Assembly: GCA_900659855.1 (NCBI GenBank)
Contig: CAACVI010000050.1
Location: 85,902 to 149,901, forward strand
Source: Candidatus Desulfarcum epimagneticum
GTDB lineage: Bacteria > Desulfobacterota > Desulfobacteria > Desulfobacterales > CR-1
Length of the DNA stretch: 64,000 nt
Direction of reading: 5' to 3'
Made by a program: the position numbers and the translations under genes. Below are positions 1-9,985 of the stretch, piece by piece (the first letter of the stretch is position 1; each line of letters opens with the position of its first letter). Below the pieces are notes generated by a model. It was not told the DNA's origin. It made no database searches and was given only the letters and a program-made list of their open reading frames with translations.

Positions 1-963
1 CGTGGCGTCCATTTTCTTCCGGGCGTCGTCGATCCACACGATGGCCTGGATGTCGATGGACGAATCTCCGAAGCCTTTGGCGAACACCCGGGGCGCGGGA
101 TCGGCCATGACCCCTTCGGCGGAGGTGGCCGCGTTGAGCACGATCTCCTTGGCCATGGCGATGTCCGAGTCGTAGGAAATGCCCACGTCGACGCGGATCC
201 GGATGAGCCGGGACAGGATGGTGTAGTTGACGATGTCACGCTTCATGATCTCGTTGTTGGGGATGATGATCACGATATTGTCGGTGGTCTTGATCCGGGT
301 GGCCCGAAGGCCGATGTGAACGACATCGCCCCATGAGGACGATCCCGGCGGCGAGGCCCACACCTCGATGCGGTCCCCGACCTCAAAGGGCCGGTCGATG
401 ATGAGCAGGATGCCGGCGATGAGGTTGGACAGGGTGTCTTTGGCCGCGAAGCCGATGGCGATTCCCACGATCCCGGCTCCCGCGATAAAGGGCATGACAT
501 TGACGCCCAGGATGTCCAGGGAGGCGATGACGGCCATGGAAAAAAAGAAGGCCCCCAAAAGTTTATTCAGGACCGCGAAAACCGCGTCGTCGATGTGGGT
601 CTCGGTCCGGCGGATGATTCTTTTTTCCACGCGGTCTAAAATGGCGTCAAGAAGTCGGTAGGCCGGATGGGTCGCGGACAGGATAAACAGCGCCAGGAGC
701 GCTTTTTCAAAAAAGGCCCACGAAAACAGCCGGGCCGTGTGGATGAGGGGCAAAAAAACCGCCGCGACCAAAAGGAGCGCGCGGACGGCTTTAAAGACTC
801 GTTTTTTGAGACGGGACGTCTCCCGGTTTTCCATCCGCCTTTCGGCAAGGGCGAATGTTTTTTTTAAAATCAAAAAAACAGCGGCGCCCGCGACCAGGGC
901 CGCGGCGGCCTCGGCGGGCGCGGCGCCGAAAACCGGCGTTTTGAAAAAAGCGTCAAAGGGCAT
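1..963 (-). CDS. MscS-family mechanosensitive channel (C-terminus runs off the left edge)
   Basis: The minus-strand frame is open from position 1. The translation contains [60 protein letters not shown] and [19 protein letters not shown], typical of the MscS pore helix and beta domain. The first in-frame ATG is at 963 (11-nt overlap with the sdhB stop); an alternative ATG is at 834. It is absent from the ORF track because its stop lies outside the window. Confidence 0.8.
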   Translation of the reverse strand, partial: MPFDAFFKTPVFGAAPAEAAAALVAGAAVFLILKKTFALAERRMENRETSRLKKRVFKAVRALLLVAAVFLPLIHTARLFSWAFFEKALLALFILSATHPAYRLLDAILDRVEKRIIRRTETHIDDAVFAVLNKLLGAFFFSMAVIASLDILGVNVMPFIAGAGIVGIAIGFAAKDTLSNLIAGILLIIDRPFEVGDRIEVWASPPGSSSWGDVVHIGLRATRIKTTDNIVIIIPNNEIMKRDIVNYTILSRLIRIRVDVGISYDSDIAMAKEIVLNAATSAEGVMADPAPRVFAKGFGDSSIDIQAIVWIDDARKKMDAT

Positions 964-1714
964 CGGAGAAAAGGCCCGCTTTGATGTATTCCCGGTTCAT
1001 CCGGGCGATGTTGATGATGGAGATTTCCTTGGGGCAGGCGGCCTCGCACTCCTTTTCGTTGGAGCAGTTTCCGAACCCCCGGGCGTCCATTTCTTTGACC
1101 ATGGCCATGACCCGGGCCCGGGCCTCGGGCTCTCCCTGGGGAAGCAGTTTGAGATGGGAGATCTTGGCGCCCACAAACAGCATGGCCGAGGCGTTGGGGC
1201 AGGCGGCCACGCATGCCCCGCATCCGATGCACGCGGCGGCGTCCATGGCTTTTTCGGCCTTTTCGCTGGGAATGGGAATGGCGTTGGCGTCGGGCGCCCC
1301 GCCGGTGTTGGCGGAGACAAATCCCCCGGCCTGGATGATTTTGTCCAGACTTCCCCGGTCCACGATCAGGTCTTTAATCACCGTGAAGGGCCGGGCCCGC
1401 CAGGGCTCCGCCACGATGACATCCCCGTCCGAGAATTTTCTCATGTGAAGCTGGCAAAGCGTCATGGCCTTTTCAGGCCCGTGGGGCTCGCCGTTGATCA
1501 CGGCGCCGCAGGTCCCGCAGATTCCCTCCCGGCAGTCGCTGTCAAACTCAATGGGCTCCTCGCCCGAAAGGATGAGACGCTCGTTGACCACATCCAGCAT
1601 CTCGGCGAACGACATGTGGGTCTCCACGTCGGGGACTGAAATCACTTGAAATTTTCCCCGGTCCCGGGCGTCTTTCTGGCGCCAGACTTTCAGGGTGATA
1701 TTGATGGTTTCCAT
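953..1714 (-). CDS. sdhB: Succinate dehydrogenase / fumarate reductase iron-sulfur subunit
   Basis: 253 aa. It has a 2Fe-2S motif ([10 protein letters not shown]) and two ferredoxin-type clusters ([24 protein letters not shown]), and lies directly downstream of the flavoprotein subunit. Confidence 0.9.
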   Translation of the reverse strand: METINITLKVWRQKDARDRGKFQVISVPDVETHMSFAEMLDVVNERLILSGEEPIEFDSDCREGICGTCGAVINGEPHGPEKAMTLCQLHMRKFSDGDVIVAEPWRARPFTVIKDLIVDRGSLDKIIQAGGFVSANTGGAPDANAIPIPSEKAEKAMDAAACIGCGACVAACPNASAMLFVGAKISHLKLLPQGEPEARARVMAMVKEMDARGFGNCSNEKECEAACPKEISIINIARMNREYIKAGLFSDAL

Positions 1715-1733
1715 AATTCCTAAAATCCTAAAA

Positions 1734-3650
1734 TCATTTATAGCATCTCTGGATCAATTCCACATTCTCAAAAACCAGCCTCTCCTGGAACAGGGCCGGG
1801 GCGGCGTCGGGTCCCCTGTATTGCCACGCGAACACGCAGGAGTAATGCTCGTCGTCGCGCCGGGCCTCTCCATCCTCGGTCTGGAATTCCTCCCGGAGGC
1901 TGCACCCGCAGGACTCGTTTCGCTCAAGGGCGTCGGCGGCCATGAGCCGGGCGAATTCCAGAAAGTCGGAAAGCCGCTCTCCCTTTTGAAGGCTTAGGTT
2001 GAACTCTTTGTCCGAGCCGGGTATTTTGACGTCTTTCCAAAATATTTCACTGAGTTCCCGGATTCGATCGATGGCTTTTTCCAGGCCCTGCCCGGTCCGG
2101 GCCATGCCCACCTCGTCCACCATGACGGCGCCCAGCTCCCGGTGGATGCTGTCCACGGTCCGGGTTCCGTTGATGGACAAAAGCCTTTCGGTTTTTTCCT
2201 CCACTTCTCTCACGGACTCGTCAAAGGCCGGGTGGTCCGTGCGATTTTCCCCGGGCCGGGGGGTTTCGGCCAGGTATCCCCCTATGGTGGCGGGAATGAT
2301 GAAATAGCCGTCGGCCAGCCCCTGCATCAGGGCGCTGGCCCCGAGGCGATTGGCGCCGTGGTCCGAGAAGTTGGCCTCGCCCAGGACAAAGAGGCCCTCA
2401 ATGCTGCTCATGAGATTGTAATCCACCCACAGGCCCCCCATGGTGTAATGGGCCGCCGGGTAGATCATCATGGGCGTCTCGTAGGGGTCGTTGTCCACGA
2501 TGTTGTGGTACATGTCAAAGAGGTTGCCGTATTTTTTGGCGATGGCCGCCTTTCCCTCCCGTTTGATGGCGTCGGCGAAATCCAGATAGACGGCGTAACC
2601 GGTGGGCCCCACGCCTTTGCCCGCGTCGCACTGCTCCTTGGCGTTTCGGGAGGCCACATCCCGGGGCACCAGGTTGCCGAATCCCGGGTACTTGGTCTCC
2701 AGGTAGTAGTCCCGATCGGACTCGGGGATGTCGGCGGGGGAGCGGTGGTCTCCCCTTTTTCTGGGGACCCACACCCGGCCGTCATTCCGCAGACTTTCGC
2801 TCATGAGCGTCAGCTTGGACTGGTAATCCCCGGTGTGGGGAATGCAGGTGGGGTGGATCTGGGCGAAGCCCGGGTTGGCGAAAAGGGCGCCTTTTCGGTA
2901 GGCCTTGAAGGCCGCGCCCACGTTGCAGGACATGGCGTTGGTGGACAGATAATACACGTTGGCGTATCCGCCCGTGGCCATGACCACGGCGTCCGCCGCG
3001 TGTCTTTCCAGTTCGCCGGTGACGAGATTCCGGGTCACGATCCCGGCGGCCTTTCCGTCAATGAGCACAATATCCAGCATTTCCCGGCGGGGAAACATTT
3101 TGACCCGGCCCGCCTGAATCTGCCGGGAAAGCGCGCTGTAGGCGCCCAGAAGAAGCTGCTGGCCGGTCTGGCCCCGGGCGTAGAAGGTCCGGGACACCTG
3201 GGCTCCCCCGAAGCTGCGGTTGGCCAGAAGCCCGCCGTAATCCCGGGCAAAGGGCACGCCCTGGGCCACGCACTGGTCGATGATATTGACGCTGAGCTGG
3301 GCCAGGCGGTAGATATTGGCTTCCCTGGAGCGGAAATCGCCGCCTTTGATGGTGTCGTAAAAAAGTCGCCACACGCTGTCGCCGTCATTCTGGTAGTTTT
3401 TGGCGGCGTTGATCCCCCCCTGGGCCGCGATGCTGTGGGCGCGCCGGGGGCTGTCCTGGACGCAGAAGGTTTTGACGTTGTAGCCCAGCTCCGCCAGACT
3501 GGCCGACGCGCTGCCGCCGGCAAGCCCGGTCCCCACCACGATGATGGTGTATTTTCTTTTGTTGGCCGGGTTGACCATTTTGAGATTGAACCGATGGTTG
3601 TCCCATTTGTCCTCAAGGGGGCCTTCGGGAATTTTTGCGTCGGGAAGCAT
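1734..3650 (-). CDS. sdhA: Succinate dehydrogenase / fumarate reductase flavoprotein subunit
   Basis: 638 aa. It has an N-terminal FAD fold ([20 protein letters not shown]) and the covalent-FAD His context ([14 protein letters not shown]), with family-typical sequence throughout. Confidence 0.93.
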   Translation of the reverse strand: MLPDAKIPEGPLEDKWDNHRFNLKMVNPANKRKYTIIVVGTGLAGGSASASLAELGYNVKTFCVQDSPRRAHSIAAQGGINAAKNYQNDGDSVWRLFYDTIKGGDFRSREANIYRLAQLSVNIIDQCVAQGVPFARDYGGLLANRSFGGAQVSRTFYARGQTGQQLLLGAYSALSRQIQAGRVKMFPRREMLDIVLIDGKAAGIVTRNLVTGELERHAADAVVMATGGYANVYYLSTNAMSCNVGAAFKAYRKGALFANPGFAQIHPTCIPHTGDYQSKLTLMSESLRNDGRVWVPRKRGDHRSPADIPESDRDYYLETKYPGFGNLVPRDVASRNAKEQCDAGKGVGPTGYAVYLDFADAIKREGKAAIAKKYGNLFDMYHNIVDNDPYETPMMIYPAAHYTMGGLWVDYNLMSSIEGLFVLGEANFSDHGANRLGASALMQGLADGYFIIPATIGGYLAETPRPGENRTDHPAFDESVREVEEKTERLLSINGTRTVDSIHRELGAVMVDEVGMARTGQGLEKAIDRIRELSEIFWKDVKIPGSDKEFNLSLQKGERLSDFLEFARLMAADALERNESCGCSLREEFQTEDGEARRDDEHYSCVFAWQYRGPDAAPALFQERLVFENVELIQRCYK

Positions 3651-3699
3651 CCTGATTCCTTTCTAAAAGATTCCGTATCTGAAAATGTTTTCGCCGGGG

Positions 3700-4335
3700 T
3701 CAGGCCGAAAACGACATGAAAATGGGGATGAGGCCGAAGCCGATCCCCACCGCCAGGCTGAATAATATTCCGATCCCCTTGATGGCGGGCATATACCGGG
3801 GATGGTGGGCGCCCAGGGTCTGGAAGGCGCTCCAGAAGCCGTGGCTGATGTGGAGCGCCGCCGCGATGACCGCGATCACATAGGCGATGACGTATCCGGC
3901 CCGGGAAAACACCTGGGCCGCGATGTCGAAAACCGTTGTCCCCTCCCGGGGGGCGAAGTGAAAATCCATCAGATGAAAAATGATGAAAAGGGCCATGATC
4001 AGCCCGGTGTAGGGCATGGTGGCGGAGCCCGGGGTTCTGCCGCCGGAACTCTTGTTTTTGAAATACCGCCTGGGCCTGGCCCGGAGGTTCTGGACAAAAA
4101 TGACCGCGCCCGCCGTCACATGAAGCAGCGCCAGCGCCAGAAGGATAAATTCAAACACGGTGATAAGGGCGCCCAATGAATGCAGGGCCTTCACATACGC
4201 GTTGAAGAGGCTCTTCCCCCCGTAGATCATCAGGTTTCCGAAAAGATGGATGGCGATGAAGCCGCAGAAACACAGGCCGGTGGCCGACATGATGATTTTT
4301 TTGCCCACAGATGTTCTGAACAGATTGAAAAGCAT
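3700..4335 (-). CDS. sdhC: Succinate dehydrogenase / fumarate reductase cytochrome b membrane anchor (single-subunit, type-B-like)
   Basis: 211 aa and polytopic, with His residues in TM segments (IAIHLFGN, LHVTAG, HLMDFH, ALHISHGF). It is the first gene of the sdhCAB order. Confidence 0.75.
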   Translation of the reverse strand: MLFNLFRTSVGKKIIMSATGLCFCGFIAIHLFGNLMIYGGKSLFNAYVKALHSLGALITVFEFILLALALLHVTAGAVIFVQNLRARPRRYFKNKSSGGRTPGSATMPYTGLIMALFIIFHLMDFHFAPREGTTVFDIAAQVFSRAGYVIAYVIAVIAAALHISHGFWSAFQTLGAHHPRYMPAIKGIGILFSLAVGIGFGLIPIFMSFSA

Positions 4336-4494
4336 GCCTGGTATGCCCTCCGCTGAAAGTCGTTTGGGATAGGTTTCTTTGAACGAATCTTTAGGTATTT
4401 ATTATTTATCCCCATCGCTGTCAATATATTATTTGGACGCGCGGATTCGGGCGGCGGGGCGCTTCGACGCTTTTTGGAAAGGGAAGCAATTTGC

Positions 4495-4522
4495 TTGACA
4501 TCCCGTTCTTTTCTGGTATAGC
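4495..4522 (+). promoter_or_regulatory. Candidate sigma70-type promoter for tolQ
   Basis: TTGACA (4495-4500), a 16-nt spacer, then TATAGC (4517-4522), about 55 nt upstream of the tolQ ATG. Confidence 0.3.
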
Positions 4523-4577
4523 CTTTCAGGATTTGAAAATTTTCAACCCTTAATGACTTGAAAATCGCGGGGCGTTT

Positions 4578-5297
4578 ATGTTTCAGGAAATGGATTTTAT
4601 CCACATGGTTTTAAACGCGGGCCTGATGGTCCGTTTTGTTCTTCTCACGCTGCTTCTTTTTTCCATCGTGTCCTGGACGATTATCATCGCCAAATTTTTC
4701 CACATCCGCCGGGCCGCGGCTGAATCGGAACGCTTTTCCGATTTTTTCTGGAAGAGCCGGAGCCTGTCCGAGGCGTTTTCCAAAATCAAGCGAATCCGGC
4801 GTTTCCAGAAAAGCCCCCTGGCCGCGATTTTTCAGATCGGATTCCTGGAGCTGAAAAAAATGTCCCAGGCCGGGGTTCCCCTGTCCGCCGAAGAGGCGCC
4901 GGATATGTCCGGGCGCCCGGTGGGCCTGGACAGCCTTGAGCGCTCCCTTGAGCGGGCCATTCGAAGCGAAGTCAAGCGGATGTCCCACATGGCTCCGTTT
5001 CTGGCCACCTCGGGAAACACCACCCCGTTCATCGGTCTTTTCGGGACCGTGTGGGGCATCATGAATTCGTTTCACGGCATCGGTATCATGGGCTCGGCCA
5101 ATCTGGCGGTGGTGGCCCCGGGAATCTCCGAGGCCCTGGTGGCCACGGCGGCGGGCCTGGCCGTGGCCATTCCCTCCGTCATCGCCTACAACTATTTTAT
5201 CAATAAAATCAGAGTGATGGAATCAGACATGAGAAATTTTTCCTCGGATTTTATTAACATTGTCCAGCGGGACATGCTTCGGCCAAAGGCGGATTGA
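4578..5297 (+). CDS. tolQ: Tol-Pal system proton channel protein TolQ (MotA/TolQ/ExbB family)
   Basis: 239 aa with three TM segments and the C-terminal motif TAPFIGLFGTVWGIMNSF...ALVATAAGLAVAIPSVIAYN. It is the first gene of the tolQRAB-pal order. Confidence 0.85.
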   Translation: MFQEMDFIHMVLNAGLMVRFVLLTLLLFSIVSWTIIIAKFFHIRRAAAESERFSDFFWKSRSLSEAFSKIKRIRRFQKSPLAAIFQIGFLELKKMSQAGVPLSAEEAPDMSGRPVGLDSLERSLERAIRSEVKRMSHMAPFLATSGNTTPFIGLFGTVWGIMNSFHGIGIMGSANLAVVAPGISEALVATAAGLAVAIPSVIAYNYFINKIRVMESDMRNFSSDFINIVQRDMLRPKAD

Positions 5298-5299
5298 CC

Positions 5300-5749
5300 A
5301 TGCTTTCGAACGACCGTGACGATTTTTTGCTCTCCGAGATCAATGTCACCCCTTTTGTGGACGTCATGCTGGTGCTTCTGATTATTTTCATGGTCACGGC
5401 CCCCATGATGACCCAGGGCGTCAATGTCTCGCTCCCGGAGATTTCCTCCGCCAGGCCCCTTCCTTCGGAGGCAAAACCGGTGATTGTGAGCGTGGACTCC
5501 GACGGCGCGGCGTATATCAATGGCCGGAAAACGCCGCCGGCTCTTTTTCGCCGCTCTCTTTTGAGGACCGTCAAAGACACCGGGAAAAGGGAAGTGTTTT
5601 TGAAAGCCGACCGAAAGGTTCCATACGGCGCGGTGGCCCGGGTTATTTCTGAAATTCATGAGGCGGGGATCGTCAGTCTGGGCATTGTGGCCCTGCCGTC
5701 CGGACGGGACGCCGGAAAAACGGACAAGGGCCCGGCGCGAAAGAAATGA
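5300..5749 (+). CDS. tolR: Tol-Pal system protein TolR (ExbD/TolR family)
   Basis: It has EINVTPFVDVMLVLLIIFMV and a single TM segment. The ATG at 5300 is preferred over the TTG at 5294 used by the ORF track. The stop overlaps the tolA ATG (ATGA). Confidence 0.85.
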   Translation: MLSNDRDDFLLSEINVTPFVDVMLVLLIIFMVTAPMMTQGVNVSLPEISSARPLPSEAKPVIVSVDSDGAAYINGRKTPPALFRRSLLRTVKDTGKREVFLKADRKVPYGAVARVISEIHEAGIVSLGIVALPSGRDAGKTDKGPARKK

Positions 5750-6744
5750 TCCCGACTCGAGACGCTCAACCTTACTTTAAGCCCGCGATTTTTGTTTCCG
5801 CCCTTTTTCACGGCGTTTTCGCCGCCGCGCTGTTTTTTTTTCCGGGTCTTTCCCTTTTCTCCGTCCCTCCTCCCCCGGCCATTCATGTCCGCCTCATCGC
5901 CCCGCCCGCTCCCGCGGCCGAAGCCGCCGGGGCCAAACGGCCCGCCGTCCGGCCGGCAAAGACCCGGGCGCCTGAGAAACCAAAGGCGTCCAGACCCAAA
6001 ATCAAAAAGCCGCCCAAGCCTCCGGAGCCTGAGGCGCCCCCAAAGCCTCACAACCCCCCGGAAGCGAAGAAACCCCCGGAAGCGAAGAAGCCCCCGGCCC
6101 TTTCTTTGTCCGTTCCTGAAAAAAAGGACCCGCCCCGGGAAAAGAGGAAAAAAAAGGTCAAGGAATCCCTTAAAAAAAAGACCTATGATCCCGCGGCGGT
6201 CAAGGCCAGGGAAAAGGCCATCTCCCGGATCAGACGGAAAGTCAAGGCGTCTGAGCAGGAAAAGAAGGCCGTCCGAAAGGAGCCGGCTCCGGCGCCTGAA
6301 AAACGGGTTGAGGCCCAAACCGGGATTCAGGAAAAGGCTGAGCCGGAGGAAAAAACCGCTGAGCCGTCGTCCGAAGGAAACTCCGCGCCCGCGGCCGCGG
6401 AGCGCGACGGGGTCCGGGGCGAGCGGATGAGGCTTTACAACATGGCGGTCAAGAGCCACATCGAGGCGAACTGGGCCTATTCTCCACTTCTGACCAAGGA
6501 GTTTTCCCGTCTGGAGGCGCTGGTGTCCATCACCATCATGCCGAACGGGGAAATCCGCGCCATCCAGATCGACAAGCGATCCGGAAGCGATTATTTTGAT
6601 GAGTCCATATACAGAGCGGTGGTGAAATCCAACCCTCTTCCCCGCCCGCCGGACATTTCCCCGGGGGACCGGACGCCGCATATCATCGGGTTCAGATTCA
6701 CGCCGCCCAGGCAGCCGGGGGGAGCCGGTCTGCGCGAGGATTAA
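5746..6744 (+). CDS. tolA: TolA-like protein (N-terminal TM, Pro/Lys/Glu-rich spacer, TolA/TonB-type C-terminal domain)
   Basis: 332 aa with a low-complexity PKPPEPEAPPKPHNPPEAKKPPEAKKPP spacer and a C-terminal region reading ALVSITIMPNGEIRAIQIDKRSGSDYFDESIYRAVVKSNPLP. It sits between tolR and tolB. Confidence 0.7.
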   Translation: MIPTRDAQPYFKPAIFVSALFHGVFAAALFFFPGLSLFSVPPPPAIHVRLIAPPAPAAEAAGAKRPAVRPAKTRAPEKPKASRPKIKKPPKPPEPEAPPKPHNPPEAKKPPEAKKPPALSLSVPEKKDPPREKRKKKVKESLKKKTYDPAAVKAREKAISRIRRKVKASEQEKKAVRKEPAPAPEKRVEAQTGIQEKAEPEEKTAEPSSEGNSAPAAAERDGVRGERMRLYNMAVKSHIEANWAYSPLLTKEFSRLEALVSITIMPNGEIRAIQIDKRSGSDYFDESIYRAVVKSNPLPRPPDISPGDRTPHIIGFRFTPPRQPGGAGLRED

Positions 6745-6746
6745 TT

Positions 6747-6876
6747 TTGATGGCGTCGTAAAAAATCCGATCTACGGCGTTGCGGCGCTTATTTTTAATT
6801 GAGGCATACTACATGTATTGCCTCAATTAAAAATAAGCGCTACGCCTTGTATATCGAACTTTTTACGACGCCGTCC
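6747..6876. repeat. About 130-bp imperfect palindromic intergenic repeat, copy 1 (tolA-tolB spacer)
   Basis: A perfect 22-bp stem (6785-6806 pairs with 6819-6840) flanks the 12-nt loop tactacatgtat, and weaker pairing extends through both arms. A near-identical copy lies at 59854-59984. Confidence 0.8.
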
Positions 6877-6896
6877 ATTTTTGAAAGGGGCTTTTT

Positions 6897-8258
6897 ATGA
6901 AGAAAAAACCAGCTGACGCATGTCGGGTCATGTTTATCGTTTTGATCGTCTGGGCCGCGGCGGCCGTTTTCCTGAATCCGGCCCCGGTTTTCGCAAAGCG
7001 GGATTATATTGATATCGACAACCCCCTGCTCAGGAAGATTCCGCTGGCCATTCCCCTTTGCGTTCCCATGTCCGGCTCCGCCGACGAGCTGGACATGTCG
7101 CGCATTCTGACCGATTTTTTTGTCAACACCCTGAGATTGACGGGGTATTTCATGATCATTGATCCCGAATCCCTGGAGGCCTCGGCCCTGGGGCCCCAGA
7201 GACCGGCCCGGAAAATCGTTCTGGCCCATCGGGATTTCCCGGACTGGCTCCAAAGCGGGGCCGAGCTTCTGGTCACATGCGGGATTTCTATCAAAAACGA
7301 TATGATGGACATGGAGCTTCGGCTCTATGACATTTATCGAAAAACGCTTCTGATGGGCAAGCGATACCGGGGTCATAAAAAAGATTACCGAAAAATGGCG
7401 CTGCGCTTCTGCGGCGATCTGGCCTTTATCCTCACGGGAAGCCGCTGGCTTTTTGAAACGAAAATCGCCTTTGTCTCCACCAGCGCCGGGAAAAAAGAGG
7501 TGTACATATGCGAGTTTGACGGGCGCGATCCCACGCGTTTCAGCTTCGCAAACAGCATTGTTCTGTCCCCGTCGTGGTCTTCCGACGGCCGCTGGCTGGC
7601 CTACACCTCCTACATGGCCGGCAGGCCGGACATTTATGTCCGAAATTTGAAACACAAAGGCGGCTCCGTGATATCCAGAAAGGGAATCAACGCCTTCCCG
7701 GACTGGTTCCCGGGTCGATTCGCCTTTGCCGCCACTCTGTCGTATTCCGGGGATCCTGAAATTTATTTGTTGACCGGGGATGGGAAAATTGTTAAAAGAT
7801 TGACATATTCAAAAGGGATTGATGTGTCGCCGTCATGGTCCCCGGACGGGAAACATCTCGCCTTTGTGTCCGACCGCTCCGGGACGCCCCAGGTGTATGT
7901 CAAGAACATGGCCTCAAACCAGGTGAGACGATTGACCTTCGACGGCGCCTACAACGCGTCCCCGGACTGGTCTCCAAAGGGCGACAGGATCGCTTTTTCG
8001 GGGGTGAAAGACGGTCGGTTTCATATTTTTGTCATTGGCGCCGGCGGCGGAAAAGCCATTCAGCTTACGCGCGGCTCCGGAAACAACGAATCGCCCTCAT
8101 GGTCCCCCAACGCGAGCCATATCGCCTTTAGCTCTTCGCGTTCGGGGGCTTATCGGATATACGTGATGACGGCGTCTGGAAACGGTCAGCACCGTCTGAC
8201 GCTTTTGCCGGGCGAGCAGACCGACCCTGAGTGGTCGCCTGTGATAAAAAAAAGATAA
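6897..8258 (+). CDS. tolB: Tol-Pal system beta-propeller protein TolB
   Basis: 453 aa with a signal peptide and repeated propeller blades (SPSWSSDG, SPSWSPDG, SPDWSPKG, SPSWSPNA). Confidence 0.92.
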   Translation: MKKKPADACRVMFIVLIVWAAAAVFLNPAPVFAKRDYIDIDNPLLRKIPLAIPLCVPMSGSADELDMSRILTDFFVNTLRLTGYFMIIDPESLEASALGPQRPARKIVLAHRDFPDWLQSGAELLVTCGISIKNDMMDMELRLYDIYRKTLLMGKRYRGHKKDYRKMALRFCGDLAFILTGSRWLFETKIAFVSTSAGKKEVYICEFDGRDPTRFSFANSIVLSPSWSSDGRWLAYTSYMAGRPDIYVRNLKHKGGSVISRKGINAFPDWFPGRFAFAATLSYSGDPEIYLLTGDGKIVKRLTYSKGIDVSPSWSPDGKHLAFVSDRSGTPQVYVKNMASNQVRRLTFDGAYNASPDWSPKGDRIAFSGVKDGRFHIFVIGAGGGKAIQLTRGSGNNESPSWSPNASHIAFSSSRSGAYRIYVMTASGNGQHRLTLLPGEQTDPEWSPVIKKR

Positions 8259-8296
8259 GAAAATTAAGGAAAACAAAATAGAGGAGGAAAGGGAAA

Positions 8297-8932
8297 ATGC
8301 GAAAAAAGTTTTTGATTGGCCTGTCTCTTACTTTTATCATTCCGGGGCTTGTGATGGCCCTTGCTTCGTGCGCGGGGAAAATGGGAGATCGCAGTTCCGG
8401 GATGAGCCAGCCGGCCATGTCCCAGTCGGAAGAGGGGACGATGGCGGCGGAAGAACAGCCGGCTGTGGCGGAAGAGACGGCGGCTGAGACGGACACGGCC
8501 GTTTCCGAGCGGGAGGCGGAGGCGGACTTCCGTGAGGCCACGACCCCGACTCCCCTGACCCGGGAACAGATCGCGGCCATGGCCATTCGGGAAAGAAACA
8601 TGTTCATCAATGAAGATGTGTACTTTGACCTTGACAGCTCAAGCTTAAACGCTGTGGCCCGGACCGTTCTCCAGGAAAAAGCCGAATGGCTGCTTAAAAA
8701 CAGCCGGACAAAGGTGATCATTGAGGGACATTGCGATGATCGGGGCTCCAATGAATACAACCTGGCCCTGGGCGACAGACGCGCCGAAAGCGTCAAAGCC
8801 TTCCTGGTGGATCTCAATGTGGGGCCTGAGCGGATGAGCACCATCTCTTACGGAGAAGAAAGCCCTGTGGATTCCGGAAAAAATGAGGAGGCCTGGGCCA
8901 AAAACAGACGCGCCCATTTTACCATTGATTAA
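8297..8932 (+). CDS. pal: Peptidoglycan-associated lipoprotein Pal (OmpA family)
   Basis: It has a lipobox (MALASC) and an OmpA-like C-terminal domain (IEGHCDDRGSNEYNLALGDRRAESVKAFL...AKNRRAHF). Confidence 0.9.
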   Translation: MRKKFLIGLSLTFIIPGLVMALASCAGKMGDRSSGMSQPAMSQSEEGTMAAEEQPAVAEETAAETDTAVSEREAEADFREATTPTPLTREQIAAMAIRERNMFINEDVYFDLDSSSLNAVARTVLQEKAEWLLKNSRTKVIIEGHCDDRGSNEYNLALGDRRAESVKAFLVDLNVGPERMSTISYGEESPVDSGKNEEAWAKNRRAHFTID

Positions 8933-8974
8933 TTGATTTGACGCGTTTTCATGTTTTTCAGGCCAAACGCCATG

Positions 8975-9011
8975 ACAGGCGGCGACATTCTTATCGCCGC
9001 CTGTTTTATTT
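8975..9011 (+). terminator. Rho-independent terminator-like hairpin after pal
   Basis: An 11-bp stem (acaggcggcga / tcgccgcctgt) with an 8-nt loop, followed by ttttattt. Confidence 0.55.
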
Positions 9012-9027
9012 GGGGGGGGAATGACGG

Positions 9028-9981
9028 ATGAATATGAAAAAAAAACAACCTCGCCCGGCCAGGCTCCTGTTTTTTTCAGCGCTGGCCGCCATCGCCTGCC
9101 TTTCCGGCTGCAAGTCGCTTAATCAGCGCATCGAACGTATCGAGACGCTTTCTTTGGCCAATCAAAAAGAGAATCAGGGTCTTAAAACCCTTCTGAATCA
9201 GCGCCTCGCCGATTTGAGCCGGGCGGATCAGATCAACGACGATCTTCGGAGAAAGTCCGCCGGGACCCGGGCCGATCTGGCCCAGATCATCGAAAGGGCG
9301 AAACGGCTGGCCGGGCGCATGGATGAGCTGGAGCATCATGTCTCCAATGAGCTGAATTCCCAGAGGCTCTCCCTGGAGAGCGCGCTCAGCCGGATGTCGG
9401 GCCTGTCCCGGGAGATCGGTCAGGGCCGTGACCGCTTCGATCTTTTTGAGCGCCGGACGCGCGAATTTGAAAAAGAGACGCGCGCGGCGCTGAAGAGACT
9501 GAAGACCGTCCGCGCCGCCCCGCCGCCGGTCCGGACGACCCCCCGACCCTCTAAAACGGACGCGCCCAAAACCGGGTCTTTGAAAACGGCGTCTTCCAAG
9601 TCAAAAATGAAAGACAAGGCGGTTTACGCGCTGGCCAAAAAAGCCTTTGACAAAGGGGACCTTGAAGCGGCGAAAAAAGGTTTCCTGGATTTTTTGAAAA
9701 ACCGTCCGAACTCTTACCTGGCCGGGAATTGCCAGTTCTGGCTGGGCGAGATACACTACCGGGAAAAAAAATACGAAAAAGCCATTGTGGCCTACCAGAA
9801 TGTCCTTGAGAAATATCCCTCCAGCAACAAGGCGTCGTCTTCCCTTTTGAAACAGGGATACGCTTTTATCAAACTCAAGGACAGGCCCAACGCGTTTCTT
9901 TTTTTAAATGAAGTCATCCGGAGGTTTCCGGGGTCCCGGGAGGCGAGAATCGCGGAAAAGAAACTCAAAAGCATCCAATGA
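9028..9981 (+). CDS. cpoB: Tol-Pal system protein CpoB/YbgF (coiled coil + TPR)
   Basis: 317 aa with an LSGC lipobox or signal, a coiled-coil N-terminal half and a C-terminal TPR region (YALAKKAFDKGDLEAAKKGFLDFL...YPSSNKASSSLLKQGYAF). Confidence 0.8.
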   Translation: MNMKKKQPRPARLLFFSALAAIACLSGCKSLNQRIERIETLSLANQKENQGLKTLLNQRLADLSRADQINDDLRRKSAGTRADLAQIIERAKRLAGRMDELEHHVSNELNSQRLSLESALSRMSGLSREIGQGRDRFDLFERRTREFEKETRAALKRLKTVRAAPPPVRTTPRPSKTDAPKTGSLKTASSKSKMKDKAVYALAKKAFDKGDLEAAKKGFLDFLKNRPNSYLAGNCQFWLGEIHYREKKYEKAIVAYQNVLEKYPSSNKASSSLLKQGYAFIKLKDRPNAFLFLNEVIRRFPGSREARIAEKKLKSIQ

Positions 9982-9985
9982 CCCC

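Noticed and set aside
737-1639. A 300-aa plus-strand ORF overlapping mscS and sdhB
   Set aside because: It is antisense to two confidently assigned minus-strand genes and has a low-complexity translation.
2142-3719. A 525-aa ORF on the plus strand, antisense to sdhA
   Set aside because: This is a shadow ORF typical of high-GC DNA. It has Gly/Arg/Val/His-rich low-complexity translation and no recognisable motifs, and it is fully nested opposite a confidently assigned gene.
5990-6130. Short tandem repeats (cccccggaagcgaagaa x2) considered as a possible repeat array
   Set aside because: They are in-frame PEAKKP repeats within the low-complexity Pro/Lys spacer of the TolA-like protein. This is not a CRISPR or an intergenic repeat array. 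No CRISPR-like repeat-spacer structure was seen anywhere in the window.
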